NCBI GenBank assembly: GCA_963807715.1 | Contig: CAWECK010000005.1 | Coordinates: 251,194-315,193 of the forward strand | Length of the DNA stretch: 64,000 bases | Source of the DNA: an uncultured Planctomycetia bacterium | GTDB taxonomy: Bacteria > Planctomycetota > Planctomycetia > Pirellulales > PALSA-1355 | Direction of reading: 5' to 3' | Shown: positions 8,368 through 19,700 of the stretch, in pieces | Numbering within the stretch: position 1 is the stretch's first letter | How the letters are laid out: each line of letters begins with the position of its first letter | Position numbers and translations under genes: made by a program | Notes under the pieces: generated by a model | Database searches by the model: none | What the model was told of the DNA's origin: nothing | The model's input: only the letters and a program-made list of their open reading frames with translations

Positions 8368-9846
8368 ATGTCCGCTTACCTGAAGATCGAAAATATCGGC
8401 GTTTGTCCGCCCGAAGGCTTCACCGTGCTGGGCGTCAGTCTTGCCGATACGTCCAATCGTGAAGGGGTCATCGGGCAATTCGGCAGCGGGAATAAGCACA
8501 GTGTCGCTGTTCTTCTCCGCAACGAACTCAATCCAGTCGTCTTTGCGGGAACCCTGAAGTTCGAATTCAGCACGAAGCCGCAAACGGTTGGCGATGGACT
8601 GGCGGAGAAGGAATTTGCTCGTGTGGTCGTGAAATACGGTGGCACCGATGCCGCAGGCGTAAATCGTTCCAGCACGGAAGACTTGGGATTCGTCCTCGAC
8701 TACGGCAAGCAGGACTGGAACGAGGTCTCGCTGGCCATGCGGGAATTCGTTTCAAACGCCATTGACCGCAGCCTTCGTGAACGTGGCGATTGGTCGGGAG
8801 TGAAGATTGAGATCGTCGATGAGAATCAGGTTCGGGCAAAACGGGACTGCACCCGTGTCTTCGTGCCGCTGAATACCGACGTGCTTGCCTTCTACAACGA
8901 CTTGGGCAAATGGTTCCTCCACTTCTCGGAGCCAGAATCGCTGTCGAAGGCGATCTTGCCGAAGAGGAACCGCAATCTGGGCAACCGAAAAGCTGCCGTG
9001 ATCTTTCGCCGTGGTGTCCGTGTTAGAGAGTTCGAGTCGTCGGATACCGAGAGCCTGTTCGATTACAACCTTGACGACCTGACGATTGACGAAGCACGCA
9101 AGGCCAGCGATTGGGACGTTCGGCACCATTGCGGTCGGGCCTTGGCTGGAGCAGACAAAACCACGCTGGCCATTCTGTTCAATCATTTGCTGAATTCGGA
9201 TTTTGCGGTCTGGGAGTTCAGCTTCGATACCTACTCGTTGCAGCCGAGCTACCGAGACAGTGAAGACGATGCGCAGCGGCAAAGGAACTGGCAAGAAGCT
9301 TTCCTCCAAGTTGCTGGTGCTGATGCCGTTCTGACCGGGCCAGCAAGTGCCGATCAGCTTGAGCGCAAGGGGTACAAGCCGGTACGAGCGCCGGAAGGAC
9401 TGGTCAATGCAGCAAGCCGATATGGGCTGCAAACTCCTTCAACCGTTCTTTCGGCTGATGAGCTTTCTGGCCGGGAAATCACCGAAGCCAGCCCCGATGC
9501 TCAAGCAGCGGTCGATCTGGTTTGGGAACTGCTTCAGCAAGTCCGCCTGACCAATGGCAAGGACAAGCCAGCAGTGAAGTGTTTCTCTTCGATCCTTGAC
9601 GCAGGAACGATGCTCAACGGCTATTACCGGGATGGAATCGTGTTCATCAACGCCGATCTTGCCGGTTCAGCATCATCGGTGGCCGGAACGAATGCTTTGC
9701 CGAACCGGCTGGTCAAGGTGGCGCTGGAGGAAGTTGCTCACCACGTCACCGAAGCCACCGATAATTCCCGTGATTTTCAGGACTTCTTGCTCGAACTGGC
9801 GGTGAAACTGGCCCGAACAGGCACCGGCAAGGAGGTTGTTGTATGA
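8368..9846 (+). CDS. GHKL-like ATP-binding protein (permuted motif order) with C-terminal zincin-like motif
   Basis: IGQFGSGNKHS near N-terminus, later AMREFVSNAID; C-term NGYYRDGIVFIN...ALEEVAHHVTEATDNSRDFQDFL. Confidence 0.7.
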   Translation: MSAYLKIENIGVCPPEGFTVLGVSLADTSNREGVIGQFGSGNKHSVAVLLRNELNPVVFAGTLKFEFSTKPQTVGDGLAEKEFARVVVKYGGTDAAGVNRSSTEDLGFVLDYGKQDWNEVSLAMREFVSNAIDRSLRERGDWSGVKIEIVDENQVRAKRDCTRVFVPLNTDVLAFYNDLGKWFLHFSEPESLSKAILPKRNRNLGNRKAAVIFRRGVRVREFESSDTESLFDYNLDDLTIDEARKASDWDVRHHCGRALAGADKTTLAILFNHLLNSDFAVWEFSFDTYSLQPSYRDSEDDAQRQRNWQEAFLQVAGADAVLTGPASADQLERKGYKPVRAPEGLVNAASRYGLQTPSTVLSADELSGREITEASPDAQAAVDLVWELLQQVRLTNGKDKPAVKCFSSILDAGTMLNGYYRDGIVFINADLAGSASSVAGTNALPNRLVKVALEEVAHHVTEATDNSRDFQDFLLELAVKLARTGTGKEVVV

Positions 9847-9992
9847 ACGAGAAGTTCGTTTTCCGCATCAAAACTAAAAGCGGCAGCATCGTAGACAACG
9901 TGCTGATTGAGGCCCGCAATATCGACGAGGCGAGGTTTCGACTTCAGCGTCGGTATCCCGGCTGCACGATTCTTTCCGCACGCCAGAAGTAG
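9843..9992 (+). CDS. Small hypothetical protein (49 aa, below ORF-track cutoff)
   Basis: ATGA overlap with upstream stop, AAGGAGG RBS; MNEKFVFRIKTKSGSIVDNVLIEARNIDEARFRLQRRYPGCTILSARQK. Confidence 0.7.
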   Translation: MNEKFVFRIKTKSGSIVDNVLIEARNIDEARFRLQRRYPGCTILSARQK

Positions 9993-10032
9993 TCAGTCAG
10001 ATTGTACCTGTACTGGCCAAAGGAGACCGAAC

Positions 10033-10272
10033 ATGAAGATCGAACACTGTGTCTTCGTTTGTGCCAGCGAACTTTTCAAGGGCCATAACGAAGCCTGGAC
10101 TGCATTCATCGAGAGTGACCCAGACTGCTCATTCGGCAGCAACAATCGGAGCCTGGTGAGCCGAGACTTCCTGCTTACGGGCATCGAAGAGCTTGAGGCC
10201 AAAGGCGTCCGGTCGATCATAACCCGACTCGAACGGCTGCCCGCCGAAGTGTACATCGACTTGGAGAACTGA
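10033..10272 (+). CDS. Hypothetical protein
   Basis: AAAGGAGA RBS, ATG 10033, ends VYIDLEN. Confidence 0.65.
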   Translation: MKIEHCVFVCASELFKGHNEAWTAFIESDPDCSFGSNNRSLVSRDFLLTGIEELEAKGVRSIITRLERLPAEVYIDLEN

Positions 10273-10281
10273 AGGACGACG

Positions 10282-12009
10282 ATGAGGAAGTGCCGATCAC
10301 GGCTAGTGCCCTGTCCAGACTAAATTTTCGGGTAGAGCCGCTTCAATTTGACTCTCGCGTTGTCGATCGTGAATTGCCAATCGACGGCTCGTTGCTTCGC
10401 GTTGACGCGGGTTGACCAGGCGGCAATTTCGGATTGCAGCGTCGCGAGGTCGCCGATCCGTCGGTCCGACAGGCATTGGCTTGTCATGCAACTCAGCTCG
10501 CATTCCGCGACGTTGAGCCAACTGCCGTGCTTGGGTGTGTAAACGAAATGGATCCGCCTCACGTAGTCACGGGCCTTCTCGGGCGGAAACGCTTCGTAGA
10601 ACGCCCCTTTGGTGTGCGTGTTCAAGTTGTCGCAGACCAACGTGATTCCCTCGCCGCCCGCATAGCGGGTGTCCAGCAAATGGGCGACTTCATGAGCCCA
10701 ATCGTCCTTGGTGCGGCGCGGCCGAGCCGTCGCTTGGCGGAAGCCGGAGAGCGGTTCGGCGAACATGAAGATACTGGCAGTCCCCCTCCGTTCGTATTCG
10801 TAATCGACCCGCTCCGGATGCTCCTTGGTTGCCGGGATCGGCACACGCGTCTCGCCGATGAGTTGCACCGGTTGCTCGTCCATGCACACGACGGGGCAGT
10901 TGGGATCGTAGGCTTTTTGGTACGTCTCCAACACCTCCTCCATGCTGGCGACGAACTCGCCGTCGGCGTCAGGAGGAATCACCCAGTACTCGATTTTCCG
11001 CTTGGTCATGCCGTTTTTTTAAGCGTCTGACGGACCGTCTCGGGGCTGATCGATTCCACGATCTCCAGCTCCACCATTTGATCCGCCAGCAGCCGCAAAG
11101 TCCAATGACCGAAGCCGGCGGGCGGCTTGCCCAACCGCAGGGCGATCAACTTCGCCTCGGCCGCGCCGTCAAGCAACTTCGGCGTCGGCGACGTCGCTCG
11201 CTTCTTGCGAAACAGCGCCCCCTCGAAGCCTTCGAGGACAATTGCTTGCCGTACGTTCTCGACCGTCCGCGTTCTGCAACCGACCGCCTCGCTGATCCTG
11301 GCGTCATCCCAAGCCGGCCCGTCGGCGTCGGCCTTGAGCAAGATGGTAGCCCGGCGCAGTTTCTCCGACTTGCCCGTTTCCTTCTTGATGGTCGCCTCGC
11401 AAATCGCCCGTTCTTCGTCCGTGAGCCGCACGATATACTTTTTGTTCATTGGAACCTCCGTGTTGACGCGGAGATTCTCCAAAATCGACGGTTCTGGCAA
11501 CCCGAATATTTAGCCTGGACGGGGCACTAGGTGCATACGTGCGGAAACAGAAAAGAATGCTCTGCGTCAGTCGCACCGCCTTGGCTCTATTGCTCGGCTG
11601 CGAAATGGAATCGATAACCTTGCTTGAACAGACCGGCGACGACGTTGAGGGCATCTTGCCGGGGTTGATCGAAGCGTTGGGCCTTGATCCGTGCATCGTC
11701 GAAAAGCGAATAATTGCGGACAAGAAGCGTCGTCGCTTATGGCTGGAGTTCTGCGGGTGGAGGCAACCCCCGGTCATATTGCCAGCGGGCAAACCGAGAT
11801 CGAATCCCGTGACGATTCCCGAGGCTGTTGTTGCGGTGGGGAATGAGGCAATCGTGGACTACGCACGGGATCTTGCGAGGGATTGGGATCAGACCATCGA
11901 ACTGTTCGTCCGCAACCACGTCCGATTCGTGATAAGCCCTTCCGGCGAGATGGTTGTCAACGAAATGGGCTTTTGCCAGCCGTGGCTGAATGACACGGCG
12001 GAGCCATGA
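10282..12009 (+). pseudogene. Hypothetical gene interrupted near its 5' end by the IS630 element
   Basis: Removing the IS restores ATG AGG AAG TGC CGA TCA CGG CTA GGT GCA TAC GTG CGG AAA, in frame with ORF 11539-12009. Confidence 0.6.
10306..11527 (-). mobile_element. IS630-family insertion sequence (HTH ORF 11006-11449 plus DDE ORF 10320-11009, joined by a probable programmed frameshift)
   Basis: Terminal IRs GTGCCCTGTCCAGACTAAATTTTCGG / GTGCCCCGTCCAGGCTAAATATTCGG flanked by TA within CTAG; MDE..CDNLNTH..YTPKHGSWLNVAE; A8 run at ORF junction (~11013-11020). Confidence 0.92.
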
Positions 12010-12177
12010 GGCGTCGTGCTCCGTTCGGCCAGCAGTGAGTAGCGTTGTACCTGTGTCGCAAAGATCAAAACCGAACAATTATTTCGAAAAAACCTGGGAT
12101 TGGGTCCCATCACCGGGCCATTGGAATACCATGACACCCCTGACTTCTTTTAAGGGACTCCTAGAAGGGAGGCTTCC

Positions 12178-12417
12178 GTGAAGAACCGATATCCAAGCTG
12201 CTCCTTCGACGAATTGATGCAGACCGGCCCGCTGACCGTGACGCTGGGAATGACCGTAATCGGAGAGGCTGTACCGAGACGATTTTCAACCGGCTCCTAC
12301 GGCTTTGCGTTGCACGGCCACAAGGCGATTCCGTTGCCGGGCGGGGGGACTGCAAAGGTGATGTGTTCGATGATTCTGACGGTGATAGACTCCAGAGGAC
12401 AAAATGAAAACTCGTAA
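12178..12417 (+). CDS. Small conserved hypothetical protein (FSTGS-G motif)
   Basis: PRRFSTGSYGFALHG...MCSMILTVIDS; GGGAGG RBS. Confidence 0.55.
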   Translation: MKNRYPSCSFDELMQTGPLTVTLGMTVIGEAVPRRFSTGSYGFALHGHKAIPLPGGGTAKVMCSMILTVIDSRGQNENS

Positions 12418-12733
12418 CGGACTCGTCGTCGCTCTGATCGTGGCCCTGATGCTGACACCCCTATTTGCCCAGCAGCAGGTTCAACCGAAGCCCACTGGCG
12501 TTTTTGCCACGCTGAAAGCTGGCCAGATGGTCAACGTCAACGTCAAGGAAGCGGGGGAGCGTTATCTCGTCACGGTAATCGAAGGCGACCTGAAGATGCC
12601 CCAGACTCATACGATTCTGGAGATAGGGACGGATTTCCTTGCGGTCAAGGACTTCACCGGGTTCAATGAGATGCGGATTCCGATCACGTCCCTGAAGGCG
12701 GTGGTGCATTTCAAAGGCTTCGAGAGGAAGTGA
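12404..12733 (+). CDS. Small secreted hypothetical protein
   Basis: Signal peptide MKTRNGLVVALIVALMLTPLFAQ; AGAGGA RBS. Confidence 0.7.
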   Translation: MKTRNGLVVALIVALMLTPLFAQQQVQPKPTGVFATLKAGQMVNVNVKEAGERYLVTVIEGDLKMPQTHTILEIGTDFLAVKDFTGFNEMRIPITSLKAVVHFKGFERK

Positions 12734-12967
12734 CCTGGCCTGCGATGGCGGGGGCTACTGCCCGAGTGCCTTGGCCAGCACTCGCTGAGGAGCGGGACTG
12801 TTTTGCGGGGTGTTCGAGGATGACAAAAGGATGACATTATTGGCGACATGCGGCCAATTGCCACACAACAAGTGGGCAATAGCAGTTATTCGCAAGTAAT
12901 TGCAAACAAGTAACTTGCAACGTCAACGCAATAAAATCCAACAGGGGGGAAATAGCGTTTTGCTACA

Positions 12968-12994
12968 TTCGAATCCTAGTTCCCCAGCTTGTTT
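12968..12994 (+). mobile_element. att site: duplicated tRNA(Gln-like) 3' end, left boundary of the ~46 kb island
   Basis: TTCGAATCCTAGTTCCCCAGCTTGTTT (T-loop plus acceptor 3' strand); 23 bp identical to 59024-59046; followed by an integrase remnant. Confidence 0.8.
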
Positions 12995-13197
12995 CTCAGG
13001 GCATGCAATTCTTCCGCGTGCCTTATCCTGCTTCAACTTGCGTCGCTTGCCTTTCGCGACGAGCTGCCTACTATATGCAGCCGGGGGTACAAAAGTGACA
13101 CATGCAGCAGTCATGTTGCATCGTGTGGCACCGCGTGGCAGTTCGCTCCGAGACAGACTCGGCGGCCCGTTTGTCCAACCACGAGGACCACACTGCC

Positions 13198-13767
13198 ATG
13201 GCCACATTGACGGAAAAAACGGTACTTTCCACGTCCGCTTTCGTTGGGCCCGACGACACTACCGCCGCACGTTGCACACCCGCGATCCCCGCGAAGCCGA
13301 AGCGGTGTTGTACGCGATCAAGGGCACCCACTGCCGCCTGTCCCTGGGGCATGATCTCGGCGCCGCCGACCACGTCGTCGACGGACACCACCCACAACCT
13401 CACGCTGCACACCTTGATTGCCGAATTCAAAGCCACGCGATATACAGTCGCCGCGTCCACGTTGAGCACCGAAAAAACGCACCTGGCTCACCTGGAGACC
13501 AGTTTGGCCGCCAAGCTGGATCAACCTTGTGATCAGGTGATTCAGCGCGATTTGGATCGGCATTTATTGGAGCGGCGCCGGAAGGCAAAGGCCGATACCG
13601 TCTCCAAGGAGCGAGCCACGATCGTTCAATTGTTCCGTTGGGCCGTTGAGCAGGGGTATCTGCAAACCTCGCCGGCCAACAAGTTGGCCAAACTGAAAGG
13701 GGCGGCCGAACGCCAGAAGTTTCGCACTCTTGCCGAAATACAAGCGGTGATCGACCGGGGTGGGTTA
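13198..13767 (+). pseudogene. Tyrosine recombinase/integrase, frameshifted and truncated by IS insertion
   Basis: MATLTEK/NGTFHVRFRWARRHYRRTLHTRD (arm-binding-like), then TVSKERATIVQLFRWAVEQGYLQTSPA (core-binding); catalytic domain missing. Confidence 0.75.
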
Positions 13768-15264
13768 GGCGCCCGTTGAAGAAAGGACTTTTCCGAGAGC
13801 CAGCGGAAAAATCGCGGGCTTGCGGTCGCATTTGAATCTCGCCGCGAGCCACGCCGCCATAGCGAGGATTGGAGCGATTAGTCGCCCGATGGCAAGCTGC
13901 ACAAGTTCCAGAATTGTCTCAGCGCCACCCATCCCGCCTTGCAGTGCCTTGGGCTTGCCGATTCCCAGCAGCTTGAACAGGATGCGGCCCAGATTGTGCG
14001 CCGCGGCCGCAATCAAGTAGCGCTTGGTCACGTTTTCTATTTTGGTGAGGCAGGTGCGCCGCGCTCCGCCGGAGTCACAGATGTGGGCAAACGTCCGCTC
14101 GACGCGTTCGCTCCACAGCCGTTGCAGACGCTTCCCCTTGGCGCGTTTCATGCGACGGCGGTTATTGTAAACACAGCGCTGATACTCGGCCGGCTTATCC
14201 GCCCAGTCCCGCTGGTGAGCCCGCTTCGGTTCGGGAATGTAGGTTCGCATGCTAAGTCCGTCGGACAATTCGAGTGTCTCGGCTTTGTGGTATCCTTTGT
14301 CCGCCGCGACTTCTTCGATATTCGTCTCGCTGCCGGCCGCGGCCAGGTTCACCTGCGCTGCCATGACGCTGTCGACCATCGTGTCGTGGTCGCTGTGATT
14401 GGCCGGATGAATCTCGGCCGCCAAGACCATGTCGCTCTGCAAATCCACGACGTGTTCCGCCTTGTACGCGAGGTGCGTCGCGCCATCTTTCATCTTGGTG
14501 ATCCGCGCGTCGGGATCGTTCTTCGCGACCCATTCATCGTTGCTGACACGCTTGTTTTCTCGCTTTTTGTCGTAGCGGCGAATCTCTTCGTCCGTCGGTT
14601 GATGCTCGGAATCGATCACTCCCTCTTCATGCATCAGCCGCGTGACGTACTGCCGCCAGTCTTCGCCCGTGTCGCGGCGAATGATGCTCTTCATCGCCGC
14701 GTTGGCTTCCAGCATGGTCGAGTCGACGCCCACCGTCTTGCCGCACAGAAAGTTCTTGCCTTCCGCAATCCGCAGTACGAACTGAAACACTTCCTGGAAC
14801 ACTTCGGGCGGCAGGCGTTTGCGCGTGTTGCTCAGCGTCGAATGGTCGGGCGTGAGCTTTTCCAAGGGAACGCCCAGGAATTCCCGCAGCGAAAGGCTGT
14901 CGCTGCAGCGCCAGGCAATGCCCCGCTGACTACCGAGTCCCTCGAAGTAACCCACCAGCAGCATGCGGAAGTAAATGCCGGGCGGGATGCTGGGCTGCCC
15001 CCGTTTGTCTTCCTCGACGTAATACCGCTGGCAGCGATCTTCGATCCAGCGATCAAACTCGGCTGCCGCCAAAAGTTGATTCAGTTTTCGGTAAAATGGA
15101 TGCCCGGCTGAGCGGGGCAGGTCCTCCGCCGCCACAAACAGCGGCTTCTGTCCTTGTTTCCGTTTCCCCATCGCCATCGGTCCGTGACTCCCTCGGCCAA
15201 CCATTGCTGACTCGCGGGACGCAGCTTACCATCCATGGGCCGGCGCGAAAACTTCAACGGGCTG
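13768..15264 (-). mobile_element. IS1182-like (IS5-related) insertion sequence with transposase 13765-15177
   Basis: GQPSIPPGIYFRMLLVGYFEG...PDHSTLS, VDST, DKGY, VERTFAH; IR core GCCCGTTGAAG at both ends, bounded by TTAG/CTAG. Confidence 0.85.
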
Positions 15265-15268
15265 CTAG

Positions 15269-16681
15269 TATTACTCCGTTAACTACGGCGGCTGTGCGGC
15301 GATAAACTCGGGGACGGCTTGTCCACAGAGGAGGCATCGGCCGCACCAACACGCCAAGAGAGTTTGCAATTGTTCGCGGAGCAGCGGCAGCGTTAGGCGG
15401 AGACCCCTTTTTTTGCGCGGCGGCGACGAACGTCTTGGAGAAAAGCGTAGGACAAAAGCACCAGCACGACGTGATGATGCCAGCCACGCCACGACCGCCC
15501 TTCAAAATGATCCAGTCCGAGTTCGTCCTTCAGTTCCCGATAGCTATGTTCGATCCACCAGCGACTTTTCGCCGTGGCCACCAATCGCTTCAGACTCGTG
15601 GTGGCTGGCAAGTTGCTGAAAAAGAACTTCGCTGGATGATCGGAGTCTCCTGGCCATTCCACCAGCAACCAGCACGCTTCCAGTGGCTCTTTGCCGGCTG
15701 AGAGTTTGTGTGCCGGTCGGACGCGCCAGGCAGCGAAGCGCCCCGCCATTTTTCCTTTCGTTCCCTCTCGCCAGGTCACTTTGCGGAAGTCGGCAGCATG
15801 TACGACAGCCCATTGCTTGACGCTCGGCGACTTTGTTCCGGCCCGAACTTTCAGCGGTCGCGTCGGTGGTTGGCCACGTCCGGAATATTCCGGCACTGGT
15901 CCGAGGTCGGCATCAGCGGCAATCACCTTTAAGGTTGAATCGATGCCGACACAGTAGGCCCAACCATTGGCGGCCAACTGTTGTCGAAATTCAGTCACGG
16001 TGCCGAACAAGCTGTCGGCTAATATCGTGCCGCTCAAACCATTGACGCGGGCGCGGCGCAGCATTGCCAGGGCCAATTGCCACTTCGGCTGGTACGGCAC
16101 GTCGGCTGGAATGCCAGATTTCTCACAACGTTCATGGTCGTCGGACCAAGCTTGGGGAAGGTACAACCGAGCATCCAGTCCGAGCACCTCACGATTGGTC
16201 GCTAATTGGAGAGTAACGGCGACCTGACAGCTGGCCACCTTGCCCAAAGTCCCCGTGTACTGTCTGGCCACGCCGACCGAATGCTGCCCCTGCTTCGGAA
16301 AACCGGTGTCATCGAGAATCAGGTAACCGTCCGTGCCAAATTGCCGCCCAACCCAGGTCTGCAAGCTGTCGAGCACCGCTTGCTCATCCCAAGGGCTCTG
16401 ATTGATGAACTGTTGCAACGCCTGTTCGTAGTCTTCTTCGCCTTCCTCGATCTTCTTCAATCGAACCGCCATCGGCTCGATACTCTTGCGTTGCCCGTCG
16501 AGCAGCACGCCACGCACATAAGCCTCGCACCATCGTCGGCGTCGCGCATTACCCAATGTTCCGACCACGACGTCCAGGAACGCCGCCAAATCCTTCCGCA
16601 GCTTGCTCAGCTTCCGTGCATCCATGCCACCGATCTTGCCAGATGCGGCGGAATCGGCCAAGATTAGTTAACGGAGTAATA
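15269..16681 (-). mobile_element. IS701-family insertion sequence with transposase 15393-16625
   Basis: DDTGFPKQGQHSVGVARQYTGTLGKVASCQV, RWWIEHSYRELKDELGLDHFEGRSWRGWHHH; perfect 17-bp IR TATTACTCCGTTAACTA; CTAG duplication at 15265-68 and 16682-85. Confidence 0.93.
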
Positions 16682-16759
16682 CTAGGTGGGCGGCAAATTG
16701 GCGTGCTGCCGCTCGAAACGTGCAGGTGGTATCCAAATGGAGCATTCCGGAGTCGAGTC

Positions 16760-19700
16760 ATGCCGTCAAAGAAGCGCCGCCGGCGAGCCAATAAATCGCC
16801 TAGGCCTGGCGAGTTATTTCGCCACTTCGGATTTGAGGTGTTGGAAGGCCGGCGGATGCTGGCCACGTTTGCGGATGCCGCCCCGGTGTTGAATCTTGGC
16901 CTGTTGGCCAACGACCAGATGAGCATCGTCAGCACGGGAAACTCGTACATTCTTTCGTTGGCGTCCTCCACCTGGACCGGCACCAACGACGCGAATGTCA
17001 CTGGCAATGGAACCAGCACGTTGACGGTGACCGCCGCCGGAATCAGCGTGCTGACCAGCGCGATCAACATCACCGACACCGGCAGCAGTGGCGGCGATTC
17101 GGTCGCTTTTGTTAGCAGCGGGCCGAGCGGTTATGCGAACAACTTCGTCATCACGTTGACCCAATCGTCTTCCGGCCTAAGCTTTTCCGGGACTTCACTC
17201 TTCACGGCCGGTTCGGCGCTGACGGCCACGGCCAGCGGTGCAGTCGTGATCAACGCCGGCGCTGATGTCACGACCGCCGGCGGCGCGATCAGCCTCGTTG
17301 CCGCGGGCACGAATGCTCCGTTGACCGCCGATGGCAATGTTCTTAGCAACGGCGGATCGATCACGCTTCAAGCCACGGGGGCGGTGACCGTGGGAACCGG
17401 AGTCGCCGTCATCAGCGGCGCCGGCACGCTGACGCTGGCGGCCGACGTCACGGCGGCCGGTAGCGGCGACGATGGCACGGGCACGCTGACCGTTAGCGCG
17501 GGGGCGACGGTCACATCGTCCAACACGTCGACCAGCGCCATCACGCTCCGCGGGGCCGACGTCAACATCGATACCAGCAGCAATCCAGCAGTGGTCGGGG
17601 CCAATCGCCAGTTGAGCAGCACGCCCAGCGCCACGTTTCCCTATGGTCTGTCCGGTCCCTCGGCCCTGGCCTTCGACTCCAGTGGCAACCTGTACGTGGC
17701 CAACTTCGAAGGCAATTCGGTGCTTAAGTTCGCGCCGGGAAGCACCACGGCCAGCGCCTCGTATTCCGCCGGCTTGTCCGAGCCCGCCGGCCTGGCGTTT
17801 GACTCCGGCGGTGATCTGTTCGTGGCCAGTTCTGCGAACAATACAGTGGTCAAGTTCGCGGCAGGCAGTACGACAGCCAGCGCGACGTACTCCGCCGACC
17901 TGTCCGATCCGCTAGCCCTGGCGGTCGACTCCAGTGGCAATCTGTATGTGGCCAACTCTGCAATCAACACGGTGATTAAGTTCGCTCCCGGAAGCACCAT
18001 ACCCAGCGCCACGTACTCCGGCCTGAACGATCCCACGTCTTTGGCCGTCGACTCCAGCGGCGATTTGTACGTGGCGAACGAAGACGGCACCACCGTGAGC
18101 AAGTTCGCGCCAGGCAGCACCACGGTAAGCGCAGCGCTCACCGGGGTTAGCAATCCATTCGCCCTGGCCTTCGACGCGAATGGTAACCTATACGTGACGA
18201 ACCTGGGCACCAGCACGGTCAGCATATTCGCGCCAGGGAGCACCACGCCCAGTGCCACCTTATACGGTAGTTCGACGAGCTCCCAATCGCTGACCGTCGA
18301 CTCCAGCGGCAATGTGTACGTAACGAACGATCAAATCAATACGGTGAGCGAATTCGCGGCGGGGAGCACCACGGTCAGTGCCACGTACTCTGCCGGCATT
18401 TCCGGTCCCGACGCCTTGGCCGTCGACTCCAGTGGCAACCTGTACGTGGCCAATTTTTCGAGCAGCACTGTGGAAAAGTTCGCTGCTGGGAGCACCACAG
18501 CTAGTGCCACGTACCCCGCTGGTCTAATGGATCCCGACGTCCTGGCGTTCGACTCCAGCGGCAACCTGTATGTGGCCAACGAAGGCAATAATACGGTAAA
18601 CGAGTTGCGCCGGGAAGCACCACGACCACCGCCACGTACTCGGCCGGCTTGTCAGATCCCCGCGCCCTAGCGTTCGACTCCAGCGGTAACCTGTACGTTG
18701 TCAGCAATAGCAATAATACCGTGAGCGAGTTCGCACCGGGGAGCACGATCCCCATCGCTACCTACTCCACCGGTCTTTCCGAGCCCGACGACCTGGCGTT
18801 CGACTCCAGCGGCAACCTCTACGTGACCAATTTGGGCAACAATACGGTGAGCAAGTTCACGCCTGGGAGCACCACGGCCAGCAACACCTACACAGGTCTG
18901 TCCCATCCTTATGCCCTGGCGTTCGACTCCAGCGGCAACCTCTACGTGACCAATTTGGGCAACAATACGGTGAGCAAGTTCGCGCCGGGAAGCACCACGG
19001 CCGGCGTCACGTACTCCGTCGGCTTAGACTATCCGATCGCCCTGGCTTTCGACTCCAATGGCAATCTCTACGTTGCCAATTCCAGCGACAATAGAGTGAG
19101 TAAATTCGCACCGGGGAGCACCACGCCCAGCGCCACATACTCCGCTGGCTTGTCTGATCCCCATGCCCTAGCCTTCGACTCCAGCGGGGACCTGTACGTG
19201 GCCAATGTTGGCAACAGCACGGTAAGCAAGTTTGCGCCTGGGAGCACCACGGCCAGAGCCACGTACTCAACCGGTTTGTCCGCCCCCGGCGATCTGGCGT
19301 TCGACTCCAGCGGCAACCTATACGTTGCTAACGCTGACAACTCTACGGTCTGCAAGTTCTCAGCATCCAGCACCACGCCCACGGCCGGCGGCGTCGTGAT
19401 TCAGTCTTCGGTCGAGTCGCGACCGATGTTGATTGGCGGAACGAACAGCACGCCGGTGGCTGGCATCAACCTCACCTCGGCCGAACTCGCCCAGATCACC
19501 ACCACGGGCACAGGCACGGTCACGATTGGCGACAGCTCTCAAACCGGCAACATTACGTTTTCCACCGCTTCGCCAACCACCACGACCGGCACGACGCTCA
19601 ATGTGATCCAGTCAGCCGCTGGCTCCGGCCAGATCACCCTTGACGACGCGTCGGGCTCCGCCACGGGGCTCAACGGCAATGGCGGGACCGTTATCTTGAC

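Noticed and set aside
12900-13000. Complete tRNA gene at either att copy (also 58960-59046)
   Set aside because: Only the T-loop and acceptor 3' strand are present; no D-arm, anticodon arm or 5' acceptor strand upstream.
13939-15111. Long antisense or alternate-frame ORFs (e.g. 13939-15111, 29414-30484, 25284-26264, 45885-46742)
   Set aside because: Shadow ORFs overlapping well-supported genes in high-GC DNA.
17640-19350. Regularly spaced GACTCCAGCGGCAACCT repeats as a CRISPR array
   Set aside because: These are in-frame NHL repeats of ~126-129 bp with codon-position variation, not unique spacers.
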